This document shows positions 50,915 to 63,481 of a stretch of DNA of 64,000 bases, in pieces. Source of the stretch: an uncultured Gammaproteobacteria bacterium (GTDB lineage Bacteria > Pseudomonadota > Gammaproteobacteria > UBA9214); contig CAWDLS010000001.1 of assembly GCA_963803275.1 (NCBI GenBank), positions 17,487 through 81,486 of the forward strand. Reading direction: 5' to 3'. Position 1 is the stretch's first letter; each line of letters begins with the position of its first letter. A model generated the notes under the pieces. It saw only the letters and a list, made by a program, of their open reading frames with translations, did not search any database and had not been told where the DNA came from. Made by a program: the position numbers and the translations under genes.

Positions 50915-52357
50915 TCACCGCGCACCCGTTGCAAGTTCGCCGGCCAGCCGCTGCGCGGCCGCGCCGATATCGCCCGCCCCCAGGGTGAGCAGCAGATCGC
51001 CGTCAGCGAGCAGGTCATCGAGCACGGCCGGCAGGGTTTCCAGATCGTCGACAAACACCGGGTCGACCTGGCCACGCGCACGGATGCCGCGTGCCAGCGC
51101 GCGGCCATCGGCACCGGCAATCGGCGCCTCGCCGGCGGCGTAGACCTCGCAGAGCACCAGTACATCGGCTTCCGACAGCACCTGCGCGAAATCATCGAAC
51201 AGGTCGCGAGTGCGCGTGTAGCGATGCGGCTGAAACACCACGACCAGGCGCCGATCGGGCCAGCCCGCGCGCGCCGCGGCGATGGTCGGCGCCAGTTCGC
51301 GCGGGTGATGCCCGTAATCATCGATCAGCAACACCTTGCCGGCAGGCGTGGTGATCTCGCCGGCGATCTGGAAGCGCCGCCCGATGCCCTGGAAGTCCGT
51401 CAGCGCCTTCTGGATGTCGGTATCGGACACACCCAGTTCGGTGGCCACGGCGATGGCTGCCAGCGCATTCAGTACATTGTGACGACCGGGCAGATTGAGC
51501 GTGATCGACAGCGCATCAGCATGTTCCTTGCGGTGCGCCCTGAAATGGGTCCGGGCACCGACCTGCCGCACGTCGGTGGCATGGACATCGGCCCCTGCAT
51601 CGAGCCCGTAGGTCGTCACCGGGCGCGTGACCTCGTCGAGAATGTCCCTGATAACAGGATCATCCAGGCACAGCACGGCCAGACCGTAGAACGGCAGGTG
51701 ATGCAGGAATTCGATGAACGTGCGGCGCAGCTGTTCGAAATCACCGCCGTAGGTCGACAGGTGGTCGGCGTCGATATTGGTTACCACGGCCATCGACGGT
51801 TGCAGGTAGAGAAACGAAGCATCGCTCTCGTCGGCCTCCGCCACCAGGTAGTAGCCGGCACCGAGTTGTGCATGGCTCGCTGCGCTGTTGAGCAGGCCGC
51901 CGATGACGAAGGTGGGATCCAGGCCGCCCTCGGCCAGCAGGCTGGCGATCAGGCTGGTAGTCGTGGTTTTGCCATGCGTACCGGCGACACCGATGCCGAA
52001 GCGGAAGCGCATCAGTTCGGCCAGCATCTCGGCACGCGGGACCACGGGGATGCGTTGCTCACGTGCCGCCAGGATCTCCGGGTTGCTCTCGCTGATCGCG
52101 GTCGATACCACCACCGCATCGCAGCCCGCCGCGTTCTGCGCAGCATGTCCGATGACGACATGGATGCCCAGTGCCGCAAGCCGGCGCGTTACGGCGCTTT
52201 CGCGCATATCCGATCCGCTCACCTCATAGCCGAGGTTATGCAGCACCTCGGCAATGCCGCTCATGCCGGCACCGCCGATCCCGACAAAATGCACGCGCCG
52301 CACCCGACCCATGCCGTGCGGCTGTGCTGCACGCGTCGGCTGCTCCGCAGTGTTCAT
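50915..52357 (-). CDS. murC: UDP-MurNAc--L-alanine ligase
   Basis: [42 protein letters not shown]. Confidence 0.97.
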   Translation of the reverse strand: MNTAEQPTRAAQPHGMGRVRRVHFVGIGGAGMSGIAEVLHNLGYEVSGSDMRESAVTRRLAALGIHVVIGHAAQNAAGCDAVVVSTAISESNPEILAAREQRIPVVPRAEMLAELMRFRFGIGVAGTHGKTTTTSLIASLLAEGGLDPTFVIGGLLNSAASHAQLGAGYYLVAEADESDASFLYLQPSMAVVTNIDADHLSTYGGDFEQLRRTFIEFLHHLPFYGLAVLCLDDPVIRDILDEVTRPVTTYGLDAGADVHATDVRQVGARTHFRAHRKEHADALSITLNLPGRHNVLNALAAIAVATELGVSDTDIQKALTDFQGIGRRFQIAGEITTPAGKVLLIDDYGHHPRELAPTIAAARAGWPDRRLVVVFQPHRYTRTRDLFDDFAQVLSEADVLVLCEVYAAGEAPIAGADGRALARGIRARGQVDPVFVDDLETLPAVLDDLLADGDLLLTLGAGDIGAAAQRLAGELATGAR

Positions 52358-53475
52358 GCCGTACCCCCGGCCTGCACCCGACCGTCCACGCCGGCGACCT
52401 GCAGGCACAGTTCGGCGACGCGTCGCGCCGCGTCTGGCATCGCCAGTGCCCGCGCATGACAGGCCATCTCCAGCAAAACGCCGCGCCGCCCCGTGAAGTC
52501 AGTCAACAGTCCCGCCAGCACGGCCGGCGTCAGGGCATGCTGCTGCAGCAGGATGGCCGCGCCGGCATCGGCGAGAAATTTCGCGTTGCCGGTCTGGTGG
52601 TCATCGGTGGCATGCGGAAACGGCACCAGGATCGCCGCTATCCCGACCGCCGCCAGTTCCGCCACGGTCAGCGCGCCGGACCGGCAGATCACCAGATCGG
52701 CCCAGGCATAGGCCCTGGCCATGTCCTCGATGAACGGCTCGACGCGCGCATCGATACCGGCCGTGGCATAAGCGGCACACACGCTGTCCAGGTCCTGGCT
52801 GCCGGTCTGGTGATGAAGCCGTGGACATTCGGCCAGCTGCGCGATCGCGGCGGGTACCGCTGAATTCAGCGCCGACGCACCCAGGCTGCCGCCGACCACC
52901 AGTATCCGCAACGGGCCGCTACGTCCGGCGAACCGCTCGGCAGGTGCGGCCAGTCGGGTGATCGCGCCGCGTATCGGGTTGCCGGTATGTACCGGCCGGT
53001 ACTGCTGCGCCAGGCTGTTCGGGAACGCCACCATCACGCAGCGTGCCAGCGGGGCCAGCCAGCGATTGGTGGTACCGGCCACCGAATTCTGTTCGTGAAT
53101 CAGCAGCGGCCGGCGCAACAACCACGCGATCACACCGCCGGGGCCGGCAACAAAGCCGCCCATACCGAGCACGGCCAGCGGGCGCAGCCGCAGTTCGATA
53201 CGCAGTGCCTCGAACAGGGCTATGGTCAGCATCAACGGCGCCGCCAGCAGCCGCAGCATCCCGCGCCCGCGCAGGCCGGACACGTGCATCGTCTCCAGCT
53301 GGTAGCCCGCCTCCGGCACCACCCGTGCCTCCAGTCCGCGCCGTGTCCCCAGCCAGGACACCGACACGCCGCGAGCCGTCAGTTCCTCGGCCACGGCCAG
53401 TGCCGGAAAAACATGCCCGCCGGTGCCGCCCGCCATGATCAGGACCGGCCGGTTCAGCGCGTGCACGGCCATCAT
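52354..53475 (-). CDS. murG: Lipid II GlcNAc transferase MurG
   Basis: [34 protein letters not shown]. Confidence 0.97.
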   Translation of the reverse strand: MMAVHALNRPVLIMAGGTGGHVFPALAVAEELTARGVSVSWLGTRRGLEARVVPEAGYQLETMHVSGLRGRGMLRLLAAPLMLTIALFEALRIELRLRPLAVLGMGGFVAGPGGVIAWLLRRPLLIHEQNSVAGTTNRWLAPLARCVMVAFPNSLAQQYRPVHTGNPIRGAITRLAAPAERFAGRSGPLRILVVGGSLGASALNSAVPAAIAQLAECPRLHHQTGSQDLDSVCAAYATAGIDARVEPFIEDMARAYAWADLVICRSGALTVAELAAVGIAAILVPFPHATDDHQTGNAKFLADAGAAILLQQHALTPAVLAGLLTDFTGRRGVLLEMACHARALAMPDAARRVAELCLQVAGVDGRVQAGGTA

Positions 53476-54683
53476 GATGTCACCCGGCGACTGCGCTTCG
53501 CCGCCGCGGTGCCGCTGGCCGGCATACCCTCGAAGGTACCGCGCGTTTCGTAGTCGATGCGCAGCAGCAAGGCCACGGCCACACACATCACGATCATGCT
53601 GGAACCGCCGTAACTCATCAGCGGCAGGGTCAGGCCCTTGGTTGGCAGCAGGCCCATGTTGACCCCGATGTTGATGAAGCTTTGCAGCCCGAACCAGATG
53701 CCGATCCCGTAGGCCAGGCTGGCCGCGAACAGGTTGTCGGCCTGCACGGCCTGCGCCGCGATCACGAAGGCGCGCCACACCAGCACGCTGTAAAGGGCGA
53801 TGACGACGCATACGCCCAGCAGGCCGAGTTCCTCGGCGAGCACGGCAAATACGAAATCGGTATGCGCCTCCGGCAGGTAGAACAGTTTCTGGACGCTGGC
53901 ACCAAGTCCTACGCCGAACCATTCACCGCGGCCGATGGCCATCAGCGACTGGGTCAGCTGGAAGCCCGAATCAAACGGATCGGCCCAGGGATCCAGGAAG
54001 GTCTTCAGCCGATCCATGCGATAGGTCGATGACACCGCAACACCGCCCAGCAGCAGGGCCACCCCGCCCAGTACGCCGGTAAACTGCACGAGTCTCACGC
54101 CGGCCATGAAGATCATGCCCATCACCGTGGCGCCAAGCACCACGGTGGCACCGAAATCCGGCTCCAGTAACAGCATCACGGCAATCGCTGCCAGCAAGCC
54201 AACCGGCTTGAGGAAACCTGACACACGGGTGCGCACACTCTCGCCATGCCGCGACAGGTAGCTGGCGAGGTAGATGACAAAAAACAGCTTGGCAGGTTCC
54301 GACACCTGCAGGCGGAACAGGCCCGCGTTGATCCAGCGCACCGCACCGTTCACCTTCACACCCACGCCGGGCACCAGCACCAGCAGGAGTATCAGGAAGG
54401 CACCCAGCAGCAAGACCATACCCATACGCTCGAGCAGGGCGAGCCGCACACGAAACAGGCCCAGCCCGGCCGCCCCGCCCAGGCCGATAAAGACGGCCTG
54501 GCGCAGCGCGTAGTAGAACGGATGGCCCAGTTCGCGGTCGGCCATGGTGATCGACGCGGATGACACCATCACCAGCCCCAGCATGGCAAGCGCCACCGCA
54601 CAACCCAGCAGGGTATAGTCGAGGCGCGGCAGGCGCACATCGCCCGTCCCGACCAGACGAGCCTGCAGACTCGCACCGGCCAT
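53472..54683 (-). CDS. ftsW: SEDS peptidoglycan polymerase FtsW
   Basis: QVSEPAK, EPDFG, YLPEAHTDF, LPTKGLTLPLMSYGGSS. Confidence 0.96.
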   Translation of the reverse strand: MAGASLQARLVGTGDVRLPRLDYTLLGCAVALAMLGLVMVSSASITMADRELGHPFYYALRQAVFIGLGGAAGLGLFRVRLALLERMGMVLLLGAFLILLLVLVPGVGVKVNGAVRWINAGLFRLQVSEPAKLFFVIYLASYLSRHGESVRTRVSGFLKPVGLLAAIAVMLLLEPDFGATVVLGATVMGMIFMAGVRLVQFTGVLGGVALLLGGVAVSSTYRMDRLKTFLDPWADPFDSGFQLTQSLMAIGRGEWFGVGLGASVQKLFYLPEAHTDFVFAVLAEELGLLGVCVVIALYSVLVWRAFVIAAQAVQADNLFAASLAYGIGIWFGLQSFINIGVNMGLLPTKGLTLPLMSYGGSSMIVMCVAVALLLRIDYETRGTFEGMPASGTAAAKRSRRVTS

Positions 54684-56053
54684 CAGCTGACGTACTCCTG
54701 CACGGCACGCATAAAGAGCTCACCGCGCTCGACATAGTTGCGGTACATATCGGTGCTGGCACAGGCCGGTGACAGCAGCACGGCGTCACCCGGAATCGCC
54801 ATTGCCGCCGCCTGCCGCACGGCCCCGGTCATGTCCGTGGCATGCTGGATCGGCAGTACGTCCGCCAGCACCGCCTCGAGCAGCGGCGCATCCCGGCCGA
54901 TCAACACGCAACCGTGCCCCTTGTCCCTGAGTGCGGCAGCCAGTGGCGCAAAATCCGCCCCCTTGCCGTCGCCGCCCGCGATCAGCACCAGCGGACCCTC
55001 CAGGCCCTCGATCGCGGCCAGCGTGGCGCCGACATTGGTACCCTTGGAATCGTTGTACCAGCGCACACCGTCATGCTCGGTGACAAACTGCATGCGATGC
55101 GGCAACCCCTGGAACTCGGCCAGCGTTTCCAGCATGGCATCCAGCGACAGGCCAACCGCCTCGCCCAGCGCCAGCGCGGCGAGGGCGTTGGCGAGATTGT
55201 GACGACCGGCGAGTCGAATGGCGGTTGCCGGCAACAGCCGATCGCTGCCACGCGCCAGCCAGGTCACGCCGTCCAGCTGCACGAGCCCGTACTCGCCGGC
55301 CGCCGGCGCATGCCGGGTGAAACGAACCAGCGGCCGGGCCGGATCCGCCAGCGCCGTCACGAACGGGTCGTCGGCATTCACTACCTGCAGGTCCGCGCTG
55401 GTATAGATCACCTGCTTGGCTGCAGCGTAGCCGGCCAGGTCTGCGTAGCGATCCATATGGTCTTCGCTGATATTCAGCACGGCAGCGGCCTGCAGGTGCA
55501 GGCTGTGCACCGTCTCCAGCTGGAAGCTCGACAGCTCCAGCACGTACAGTGCCGGCTCGGTATCTCCCAGCAGGTCCAGCGCCGGCGTGCCGATGTTGCC
55601 ACCGGTACGCACGTCGACGCCGGTACGTCGCGCCATGGCACTCAGCAGCGTCACGACCGTACTCTTGCCATTGGACCCGGTGACCGCCACCACGGGGGCA
55701 TGTACCGCCTGTGCAAACAGCTCGATATCGCCGATGACCGGTATCCCGCGCGCCACGGCCGCCGCGACATGCGGTTCGTCCATCGACACACCGGGACTGA
55801 TCACGATCTGCTCGGCACGTTCAAAGGCCTCCTCACTGAACCCGCCGAGGAACAGCGCCACGTCGGCCAGTTCGGCCGTGCGCATCCGCTCCAGCCCGGG
55901 CGGCTGCTCGCGGCTGTCGACGATCGCCACCGACACGCCGCGGCGTGACAGGTAGCGGGCAACCGACAGCCCGGTCTCACCCAGCCCGACCACCAGCGTC
56001 CTGCCCGCCATGTCAAACATTTCCGCCATGATTGATACCGGAACCGCCATCAA
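54683..56053 (-). CDS. murD: UDP-MurNAc-L-Ala--D-Glu ligase
   Basis: GLGETG, TGSNGKST, LELSSFQL, NDSKGTN, LSPACAS. Confidence 0.96.
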   Translation of the reverse strand: MMAVPVSIMAEMFDMAGRTLVVGLGETGLSVARYLSRRGVSVAIVDSREQPPGLERMRTAELADVALFLGGFSEEAFERAEQIVISPGVSMDEPHVAAAVARGIPVIGDIELFAQAVHAPVVAVTGSNGKSTVVTLLSAMARRTGVDVRTGGNIGTPALDLLGDTEPALYVLELSSFQLETVHSLHLQAAAVLNISEDHMDRYADLAGYAAAKQVIYTSADLQVVNADDPFVTALADPARPLVRFTRHAPAAGEYGLVQLDGVTWLARGSDRLLPATAIRLAGRHNLANALAALALGEAVGLSLDAMLETLAEFQGLPHRMQFVTEHDGVRWYNDSKGTNVGATLAAIEGLEGPLVLIAGGDGKGADFAPLAAALRDKGHGCVLIGRDAPLLEAVLADVLPIQHATDMTGAVRQAAAMAIPGDAVLLSPACASTDMYRNYVERGELFMRAVQEYVS

Positions 56054-56123
56054 ATCCCGCTCATTGCAAACAATACCCGTTATGTAGCCTGCTGTACCCG
56101 TAGCATGAGGGCCAGCCCCGATC

Positions 56124-57206
56124 TCAGCGAATCTTCAGTGTGGCCAGGCCGACCAGCACCAGAATCACGGTCACGATCCAGAAGCGCACGATCACGCGCG
56201 GCTCCGGCCACCCCTTCAGCTCAAAATGGTGATGCAGCGGCGCCATGTGGAAGATGCGCCGTCCGGTCAGTTTGTAGGAACCGACCTGCAGGATGACCGA
56301 GACCGTCTCCATCACGAACACGCCGGCCATCACCATGAATACCAGTTCCTGACGTACCAGCACCGCGACGATGCCCAGTGCCGCGCCGAGTGCCAGCGCG
56401 CCCACGTCACCCATGAACACCATGGCGGGATAGGCATTGAACCAGAGAAAGCCGAGCCCCGCGCCAACCAGCGCGCCGCAGAAGATCACGATCTCTGCAG
56501 AATCGCGCACGTAGGGTATACCGAGGTAGACCGCGAACTTGACGTTGCCGGTGGTGTAGGCGAATACCCCCAGTGCGCCGGCGATCAGTACGGTGGGCAG
56601 TATGGCCAGTCCGTCAAGTCCGTCCGTCAGGTTGACTGCGTTGCTTGAACCAACAATGACAAACCAGGACAGCACGATGTAGAACCAGCCGAGGTTGATC
56701 GCGATATCCTTGAAAAAGGGCACGATCAGGGATGTCTCGGCCGGCGAGGTGGAAGTCAGGTAGAGAAATGCCGCGACGGCCAGGGCGATGACGCTCTGCC
56801 AGGCCAGCTTGGAGCCGGCCGAGATGCCGGCCGAGTTTTTCAGCACCAGCTTGCGATAGTCATCAACCCAGCCGATGGCGCCGAAGGATAGCGTTACCAG
56901 CAACACCACCCAGACATAACGGTTCGCCAGGTCTGCCCACAGCAGGGTAGCGATCGCCACAGCGACCAGGATCAGTGCACCACCCATGGTCGGGGTACCT
57001 GCCTTGACCAGATGTGTCTGCGGCCCGTCATTGCGCACCGGCTGGCCGATCTGGTAGCGGCCTAGCCGGCGGATCATCTCCGGTCCGACCAGGAAGGAGA
57101 TTGCCAGCGCGGTCAATACACCCAGGATGGCACGCAGGGTCAGATACTGGAATACATTGAATCCGCTGTAGTACTGACTCAGGTGCTCGGCCAGGAACAG
57201 GAGCAT
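56124..57206 (-). CDS. mraY: Phospho-MurNAc-pentapeptide transferase
   Basis: [37 protein letters not shown]. Confidence 0.97.
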   Translation of the reverse strand: MLLFLAEHLSQYYSGFNVFQYLTLRAILGVLTALAISFLVGPEMIRRLGRYQIGQPVRNDGPQTHLVKAGTPTMGGALILVAVAIATLLWADLANRYVWVVLLVTLSFGAIGWVDDYRKLVLKNSAGISAGSKLAWQSVIALAVAAFLYLTSTSPAETSLIVPFFKDIAINLGWFYIVLSWFVIVGSSNAVNLTDGLDGLAILPTVLIAGALGVFAYTTGNVKFAVYLGIPYVRDSAEIVIFCGALVGAGLGFLWFNAYPAMVFMGDVGALALGAALGIVAVLVRQELVFMVMAGVFVMETVSVILQVGSYKLTGRRIFHMAPLHHHFELKGWPEPRVIVRFWIVTVILVLVGLATLKIR

Positions 57207-58579
57207 CAGTGGGTCTCCCGTGACGGTTGTGCGTTTGCCTGCAGTGTTGCCAGCAAGGCATCGACCACCCGCTCCATGCGCATGCGTCGTGAGCCTTTCA
57301 CCAGGATATGCAGCGGTCCGTGCAGTTCGCCGCGCAAGCCCTCCAGCAACTGCTCAAGTGAATCGAATGCGGCGCCGGGGCCGTCAAAGCCGGCCACCGC
57401 GGCACGCGCCAGTTCGCCCAGTCCGTACACGCGCTTGATACCGGCATTCCGCGCCAGTTCGCCGGCGCGCCGGTGCAGGCCTGCAGCCCCGGCGCCGAGT
57501 TCGCCCATATCGCCGAGCACCAGCCAGGTGTCGCCACGGCTCTGCGCAAGCACCTCCAGCGCCACCTGCAGCGAACCGGGGTTGGCGTTATAGGTGTCGT
57601 CGATCAGCGTGATGCCGCCCGGCAGCCGATGGATGTTGAAGCGCCCGGCGACCGGTGCCAGCGTTGCAAGTCCCTGTCTGATGTCTTCCAGCCCGGCGCC
57701 CGCAACGTGCGCAACAGCACTTGCCGCCAGTGCATTCATCACATTGTGCCGGCCCGGTAACGGCAGTCGCAGGGCGATGCTGCCCTGCGGTGTCGCCAGG
57801 TCTATATCGCAACCGGCGATATCACCACGCCACGCGCGGTGACGTCGGCGCCGGCATCCAGCCCGAATTCGACAACGCGGCAGTGCGCAGCAAGCTCACG
57901 CCACAGTGGTGCATACGTATCATCGGCGTTGATGACGGCGACACCTTCATCTGCCAGCCCTGCAAACAATTCACCCTTGCCGCGTGCCACACCCTGCAGG
58001 TCGCCGAAACCCTCGAGGTGCGCAGGCCCGGCGTTGGTCACCACGCCGATGGTGGGGCGTGCAATACCGGTCAGGTAAGCGATTTCGCCGGGATGATTGG
58101 CACCCATCTCGATCACCGCAAAGCGGTCTGCCGGGTCGAGCTCTGCGAGCGTCAGCGGCAGCCCGATGTCGTTGTTCAGGTTGCCCTGCGTCGCCAGCGC
58201 GCGCCCGCAGCGCGCAGGATCGCCGTGCGTCATGCTACGCACCGTGGTCTTGCCGTTGCTGCCGGTGATGGCGATGACCGGGATATCAAAGCGGTTACGC
58301 CAGTAGGCCGAAAGCGGCCGAGCGCGAGACGGGTGTCGTCGACGCGGATCTGCGGCAGCGGCGATGCGCACGAGTTGCTGACCGCCGCGGCCGCCGCACC
58401 TTGCGCGCGTGCCGCTTCAACGTAGGCATGTCCGTCGAAGTTCGGCCCCTGCAGGGCGAAAAACAGGGCTCCCGGCATGGGCAGCCGGCTGTCGGTACTG
58501 ACACCGCGAATCGCGACGTCGGTTCCGCTCAGCCGACGGACAGTATGCGCGCGGCTTCCGAGAGCTGCATCGCCATCAT
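57206..58579 (-). CDS. murF: MurF ligase (frameshifted)
   Basis: [57 protein letters not shown]. Confidence 0.94.
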
Positions 58580-60110
58580 TGCGTCCATTCCCGTGCCACG
58601 GCCTGCACGCGTTCGCGGTCGCTGAACGGGATCGCCCGGTGGCCCACCAGCTGCACGGATTCATGCCCCTTGCCGGCGATCAGTACGATGTCACCAGGAC
58701 CGGCAGCACGCATCGCCCAGCCGATGGCGTGCGCACGATCGTGTTCGATAGCACCTTGCGCGGCTGCTTGATGCCGGCACAGATATCACTGGCAATCCGG
58801 CACGGATCCTCGGTGCGCGGGTTGTCGTCGGTCAGTACGAGATGATCGGCGTTGACATTCGGCGACTGCGCCCATCTCCGGTCGCTTGCCGCGGTCACGA
58901 TCGCCACCGGCACCGAACACGCACCACAGCTTGCCGTCGCAATGTTCGCGCAGTGACCTGAGCACGGCCTTGAGCGCGGCCGGTGTGTGCGCGTAGTCGA
59001 CCACCACCAGGGGGTGACCGGCGGCGGTCTCGAATGCCTCCATACGTCCGGGCACGGTACGCGTCCGTGCCAGGCGTCGCAGCACCTCGTCGAAGGGCAG
59101 GCCCGACACGCACAGGCTGGCCAGTGCGGCAAGCAGGTTGCTGGCATTGAAACGCCCGAGCAGGGCACAGCGCAGCATGCCGCTGCCCCAGGGCGTGTTC
59201 ACTTCCAGCTGCATCCCGTGCATATTGGTCTGCAGGTTGCGCCCGATCACCCATTGCGCCGGGAAACGCGTGCGGAAAGGCTCGTTTTCGAGCCGGTAAG
59301 CCACCGGCGCAACGCCCGGCGGGATGTCGGCAAGCAGTGCACTGCCAAAGCCGTCATCGGCGTTGATCACGGCATAGCGCAGGCCGTCCGAGTGAAACAG
59401 CTTGCGCTTGGCCTCGGCATAGGCCTCGACATTGCCGTGATAGTCGAGGTGGTCGCGCGTCAGGTTGGTCAGCACGGCAAGGTCAAAATACACACCACGG
59501 ACACGTCCCTGGTCCATGGCGTGTGAGGAAACCTCCGCGACGACGCAGCGGGCGCCACCCTGCTGCATGGACAGCAACGCCTGCTGCGTGGTGAGGGCAT
59601 CCGGCGTGGTGTGCGTTGCCGTCGACAGTTCACCGTACAACCCATAGCCCAGCGTGCCGATCAGACCGCAGCGACGGTCCTCGCTGTCCAGCGCCTGGGC
59701 GATGAAATGACTGCAGGATGTCTTGCCGTCGGTACCGGTCACGCCGATCATGAACAGGCCGCGCGACGGGTGCCCGTAAAAGCGGTCCGCGATCAACCCG
59801 ATCACCTGACCGAGCCCGGGGATCGCCACCACCGGGGCCGGCAACAGTGCCGCCGTCTCGGCCAGCCCGGCATTGCCGCCAACCGGCTCCCATGCCACCG
59901 CCACGGCACCCAGCGCGATGGCCTGGCGCGCATGTTGCAAACCGTGTGTCTGTGTGCCCGCCACGGCCAGGAACAGGTCACCCGACTGGACCTTGCGACT
60001 GTCCAGCGCAGGCCGGTAACCATTATGTCGCGGCGTACCGCCGGCCCGCAAAAGTCCTGCAACAGACTGGCGAGCGTCTGCTCAGTCTGCATTTTATGCG
60101 CCACCATCAT
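58576..60110 (-). CDS. murE: MurE ligase (frameshifted)
   Basis: [48 protein letters not shown]. Confidence 0.94.
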
Positions 60111-61819
60111 GCAGGCCCCTCCCCGTCGGTGCGATTTGTTTGCAGCAGCGGCACATCGTCCGGCGGCACGGCCAGCAGGCGGAGCACCCCGGCCATCACG
60201 CGGGAAAACACCGGCGCGGCCACCTGGCCACCGTAGTACTTGCCACTGCCGGGCTCGTCGACCAACACCACCATGACGACGCGCGGGTCACTGGCGGGCG
60301 CCATGCCGGCAAACACCGACAGGTACTTGCTGTCCGAGTAACCGCCGGCCTCCGCCTTGTGCACGGTGCCGGTCTTGCCGGCCACGCGATAACCCGGTAC
60401 ACGCGCCCCCGGTGCGGTGCCGTCGGGACCGACCGCCTGCTCCAGCATGGCGCGTACCTCACGCGCAATCCCGGCCGGCATGACACGGTGCTCCTCGGCG
60501 GCCCGGACATCGTGCAGAAAGGTGATGGAACGCTTGATGCCGTCGCCGGCCAGCACGGCATAGGCCTGCGCCAGCTGCAGCGGGGTGACTGAAATTCCGT
60601 AACCGAATGCCAGCGTGGCGGTCTCGATGGCATTCCAGCCCGAGTAGTGCGGCAGCAGGCCGGATGCCTCGCCGGGGAAACCGCTGAAGGTCTGCACGCC
60701 GAAACCGACGTCCGACAACTGCGTCCAGATATCCTGCGCGTCCAGCGACAGCGCGATCTTGGAAATACCCACGTTACTGGACTTGCGGATGACGCCGGTC
60801 ACGTCGAGGTCGCCGTAATTGTGCACGTCACGCACCGTGTCTGTTCCCACTCGCAGCCAGCCCGGCGAGGTACTGACGGGCGTGTCCGGCCGGAAGCGCC
60901 CGCTTGCCAGCGCGGTGGCGACGATGAACGGCTTCATGGTGGAGCCCGGTTCGAACACATCCGTTATCGCGCGGTTGCGCATGTCGCTGCTGTGCAGGTT
61001 CTGGCGGTTGTTCGGATTGAACGAGGGCTGGTTCACCATCGCCAGCACCTCGCCGCTCTTTACGTCCAGCACCACGGCGGATGCGGCACGCGCCTTGTTC
61101 TCCTGCATCGCCGCGAGCAGCTCGCGGTAGGCAAGATACTGGATACGCCGGTCGATACTCAGCTGCAGGTCCTTGCCCGGGTGCGGCAGGCTGATGCTCT
61201 CGACGTCCTCGATAATGTGACTCTTGCCATCCTTGATGACACGCTTGGCACCGGGTTCACCCGCCAGCCATTTTTCGTAGGCAAGTTCGAGACCTTCCTG
61301 GCCGACATCGTCTACATTGGTAAAGCCGACCACGTGCGCGGTGACCTCGCCGTCCGGGTAATACCGACGGTACTCGCGCTGCAGGTAGACACCCGGAATG
61401 GCCAGCGCCTCGACCTGTGCCGCTGTCGCCGGGTCGATATGCCGGCGCAGATAGATAAATTCACGGTCCGCGTGGCTTGCCAGCAGACGTTGCACGCTGG
61501 ACTTGTTCAGTGACAGCAGACGGGTCATCTCGGGAATGCGCTGCTGCTCGTTGCCCAGTTCCTGCGGATTCACCCACACCGACTCTACCGGTGTGCTGAT
61601 CGCCAGCGGCTCGCCGTTGCGGTCCTGGATGATGCCGCGATGCGCCGGCAGGGTCACCACACGCAGGTGGCGCGCCTGGCCCTGGGTCAGCAGGAAATCC
61701 TTGTCCAGCACCTGCAGGCACACAGCTCGCCAGACCAGTGCGGCGGCCGCCAGTACCATGCCCAGCAATAGCAATATGCGGCGCCCGGGATAGACTGTTT
61801 TTCTATGTATACGGTTCAT
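60107..61819 (-). CDS. ftsI: PBP3 transpeptidase FtsI
   Basis: RGIIQDRNG, EPGSTMK (SxxK), SSN, KTGT. Confidence 0.96.
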   Translation of the reverse strand: MNRIHRKTVYPGRRILLLLGMVLAAAALVWRAVCLQVLDKDFLLTQGQARHLRVVTLPAHRGIIQDRNGEPLAISTPVESVWVNPQELGNEQQRIPEMTRLLSLNKSSVQRLLASHADREFIYLRRHIDPATAAQVEALAIPGVYLQREYRRYYPDGEVTAHVVGFTNVDDVGQEGLELAYEKWLAGEPGAKRVIKDGKSHIIEDVESISLPHPGKDLQLSIDRRIQYLAYRELLAAMQENKARAASAVVLDVKSGEVLAMVNQPSFNPNNRQNLHSSDMRNRAITDVFEPGSTMKPFIVATALASGRFRPDTPVSTSPGWLRVGTDTVRDVHNYGDLDVTGVIRKSSNVGISKIALSLDAQDIWTQLSDVGFGVQTFSGFPGEASGLLPHYSGWNAIETATLAFGYGISVTPLQLAQAYAVLAGDGIKRSITFLHDVRAAEEHRVMPAGIAREVRAMLEQAVGPDGTAPGARVPGYRVAGKTGTVHKAEAGGYSDSKYLSVFAGMAPASDPRVVMVVLVDEPGSGKYYGGQVAAPVFSRVMAGVLRLLAVPPDDVPLLQTNRTDGEGPA

Positions 61820-62085
61820 GGGTTCACAATGATCGTTGCGTCAGCCCGGAGACTGGTCATGCCAAGCCGGTCACGCGCCACATTCTCGACCTTGCCCTGC
61901 GTGGTCAGCGTGCCCTGTTCCAGTTGCAGCTGACCCCACTCGATATCCATGTTGTCGCGCTGGTTGCCAAGCGCCTGTAGTTCGATAAACAGCTTGCGCC
62001 CCTCGTGCTTGGCATAGATCACAGCGGCCGATGACACGATCACCAGTATCAGCAGGATCAGGACGCCACCCTGCCGCCGGCTCAT
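61816..62085 (-). CDS. ftsL: Cell division protein FtsL
   Basis: TM plus EWGQLQLEQ...ARDRLGM. Confidence 0.93.
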   Translation of the reverse strand: MSRRQGGVLILLILVIVSSAAVIYAKHEGRKLFIELQALGNQRDNMDIEWGQLQLEQGTLTTQGKVENVARDRLGMTSLRADATIIVNP

Positions 62086-63017
62086 TGCAAACGCTCCGCC
62101 ACCCTCAGCACCGCGCTGCGGGCGCGCGGGTTGCGTCGCAGCTCTTCCGCGCCTGCATAGATCGCCTTGCCGACCGGCCTCATGCGCGGGGCATGATCCA
62201 TTCCGGCCAGCGGGAATTCCCGCGGCGGTTGTTCGCCGCGGTACTCGTCACGAATGAAGCGCTTGACGATGCGGTCTTCCAGCGAATGAAAGCCGATCAC
62301 GACAAGGCGGCCGCCCGGCGCCAGCACATCCGGCACCTGCTCCAGCACGGTGCGCAGATCATCCAGTTCATGGTTGATTAAAAGACGAATCGCGAGAAAG
62401 CTGCGCGTGGCCGGATGCTTGTTGTGTTCACGTGTCGGAACGCTCTCGGCAATCAGCCCGGCGAGCCGGAGCGTTGTTTGCAGCGGTGCGGTCTTGCGCG
62501 TGTTGACGATGGCACGCGCGATACGCCCGGCAAAGCGTTCCTCACCCAGCCCGCGCAGCACATCCCTTATCTCGCGCTCGTCCGCCTGCGCCAGCCACTC
62601 CGCGGCACTGATGCCTGCGGACGGATCCATGCGCATGTCGAGAGGACCATCCTCTGAAAAACTGAAACCGCGCGCGGCGTCGTCGAGTTGCGGCGAAGAA
62701 ACACCGAGGTCCAGCAAGAGACCTTTGACACGACCCGTCTGTTGTCGCTGCGCAATCAATTCGCTCAGCATCGTAAATGCACCCTGCACAATTTCAAAAC
62801 GAGGTTCACTTCCAAACCGCATTCTTGCCGACTGCACCGCTTCGGGATCCTTGTCCATGGCGAGCAATCGTCCCGCCGCCCCGAGCCTGTCGAGTATGGC
62901 GGCTGCATGCCCGCCCCGTCCGAACGTGGCATCCACGTACACACCGTCCGGCTGTATCGCCAGCCCGTCCAGCACTTCCGCAAGCAGCACCGGCTGGTGT
63001 GTGTACTGCCCTGCCAC
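62082..63017 (-). CDS. rsmH: 16S rRNA m4C1402 methyltransferase
   Basis: HQPVLL, DATFGRGGH, DLGVSSPQLD, FHSLEDRIVK, NPRARSA. Confidence 0.97.
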   Translation of the reverse strand: MAGQYTHQPVLLAEVLDGLAIQPDGVYVDATFGRGGHAAAILDRLGAAGRLLAMDKDPEAVQSARMRFGSEPRFEIVQGAFTMLSELIAQRQQTGRVKGLLLDLGVSSPQLDDAARGFSFSEDGPLDMRMDPSAGISAAEWLAQADEREIRDVLRGLGEERFAGRIARAIVNTRKTAPLQTTLRLAGLIAESVPTREHNKHPATRSFLAIRLLINHELDDLRTVLEQVPDVLAPGGRLVVIGFHSLEDRIVKRFIRDEYRGEQPPREFPLAGMDHAPRMRPVGKAIYAGAEELRRNPRARSAVLRVAERLQ

Positions 63018-63023
63018 TGACGA

Positions 63024-63476
63024 TCAGATCGTCAGTTCGCGCAGGGCATCGGGCAAATCGGCGCCGTCACCGCTGCCGGACACACAGTCACCCAACTTCT
63101 TCTCCCAGGCGTCTTCATTCCAGATCTCGAACTTGTTGCCCATGCCCAGAAGCATCACGCGTTTTTCGAGGCCGGCAAACTCGCGCAGGCGCGGTGGTAT
63201 CAGCACGCGCCCGTTCTTGTCCAGCTCAAGCTCAGCGGCATTGCCGAACAACATGAGCTGGAGTTCGCGGGTCAGTCTGTTCTGGTTGGGCAGGCGCACG
63301 AGTTTGCGCTCGAGATCATCCCAGTCGGGCTGGGGAAACAGCATCAGGCTGCGGTCGCTGTGAATTGTTACCACAAGACGGCCGTCGCAGCGCTCCATCA
63401 GCTCGCTGCGGTAACGGGTAGGTAGCGCCAGGCGGCCCTTCGCATCCAGGTTGACCGTGCTGCCACCAATGAACAA
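63024..63476 (-). CDS. mraZ: Transcriptional regulator MraZ
   Basis: TTG start at 63476 gives MFIGGSTVNLDAKGR; second repeat LDKNGRVLIP. Confidence 0.95.
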   Translation of the reverse strand: MFIGGSTVNLDAKGRLALPTRYRSELMERCDGRLVVTIHSDRSLMLFPQPDWDDLERKLVRLPNQNRLTRELQLMLFGNAAELELDKNGRVLIPPRLREFAGLEKRVMLLGMGNKFEIWNEDAWEKKLGDCVSGSGDGADLPDALRELTI

Positions 63477-63481
63477 AGCCG

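Noticed and set aside
57740-60110. Split murE and murF
   Set aside because: Essential genes in an otherwise intact dcw cluster; assembly artefact.
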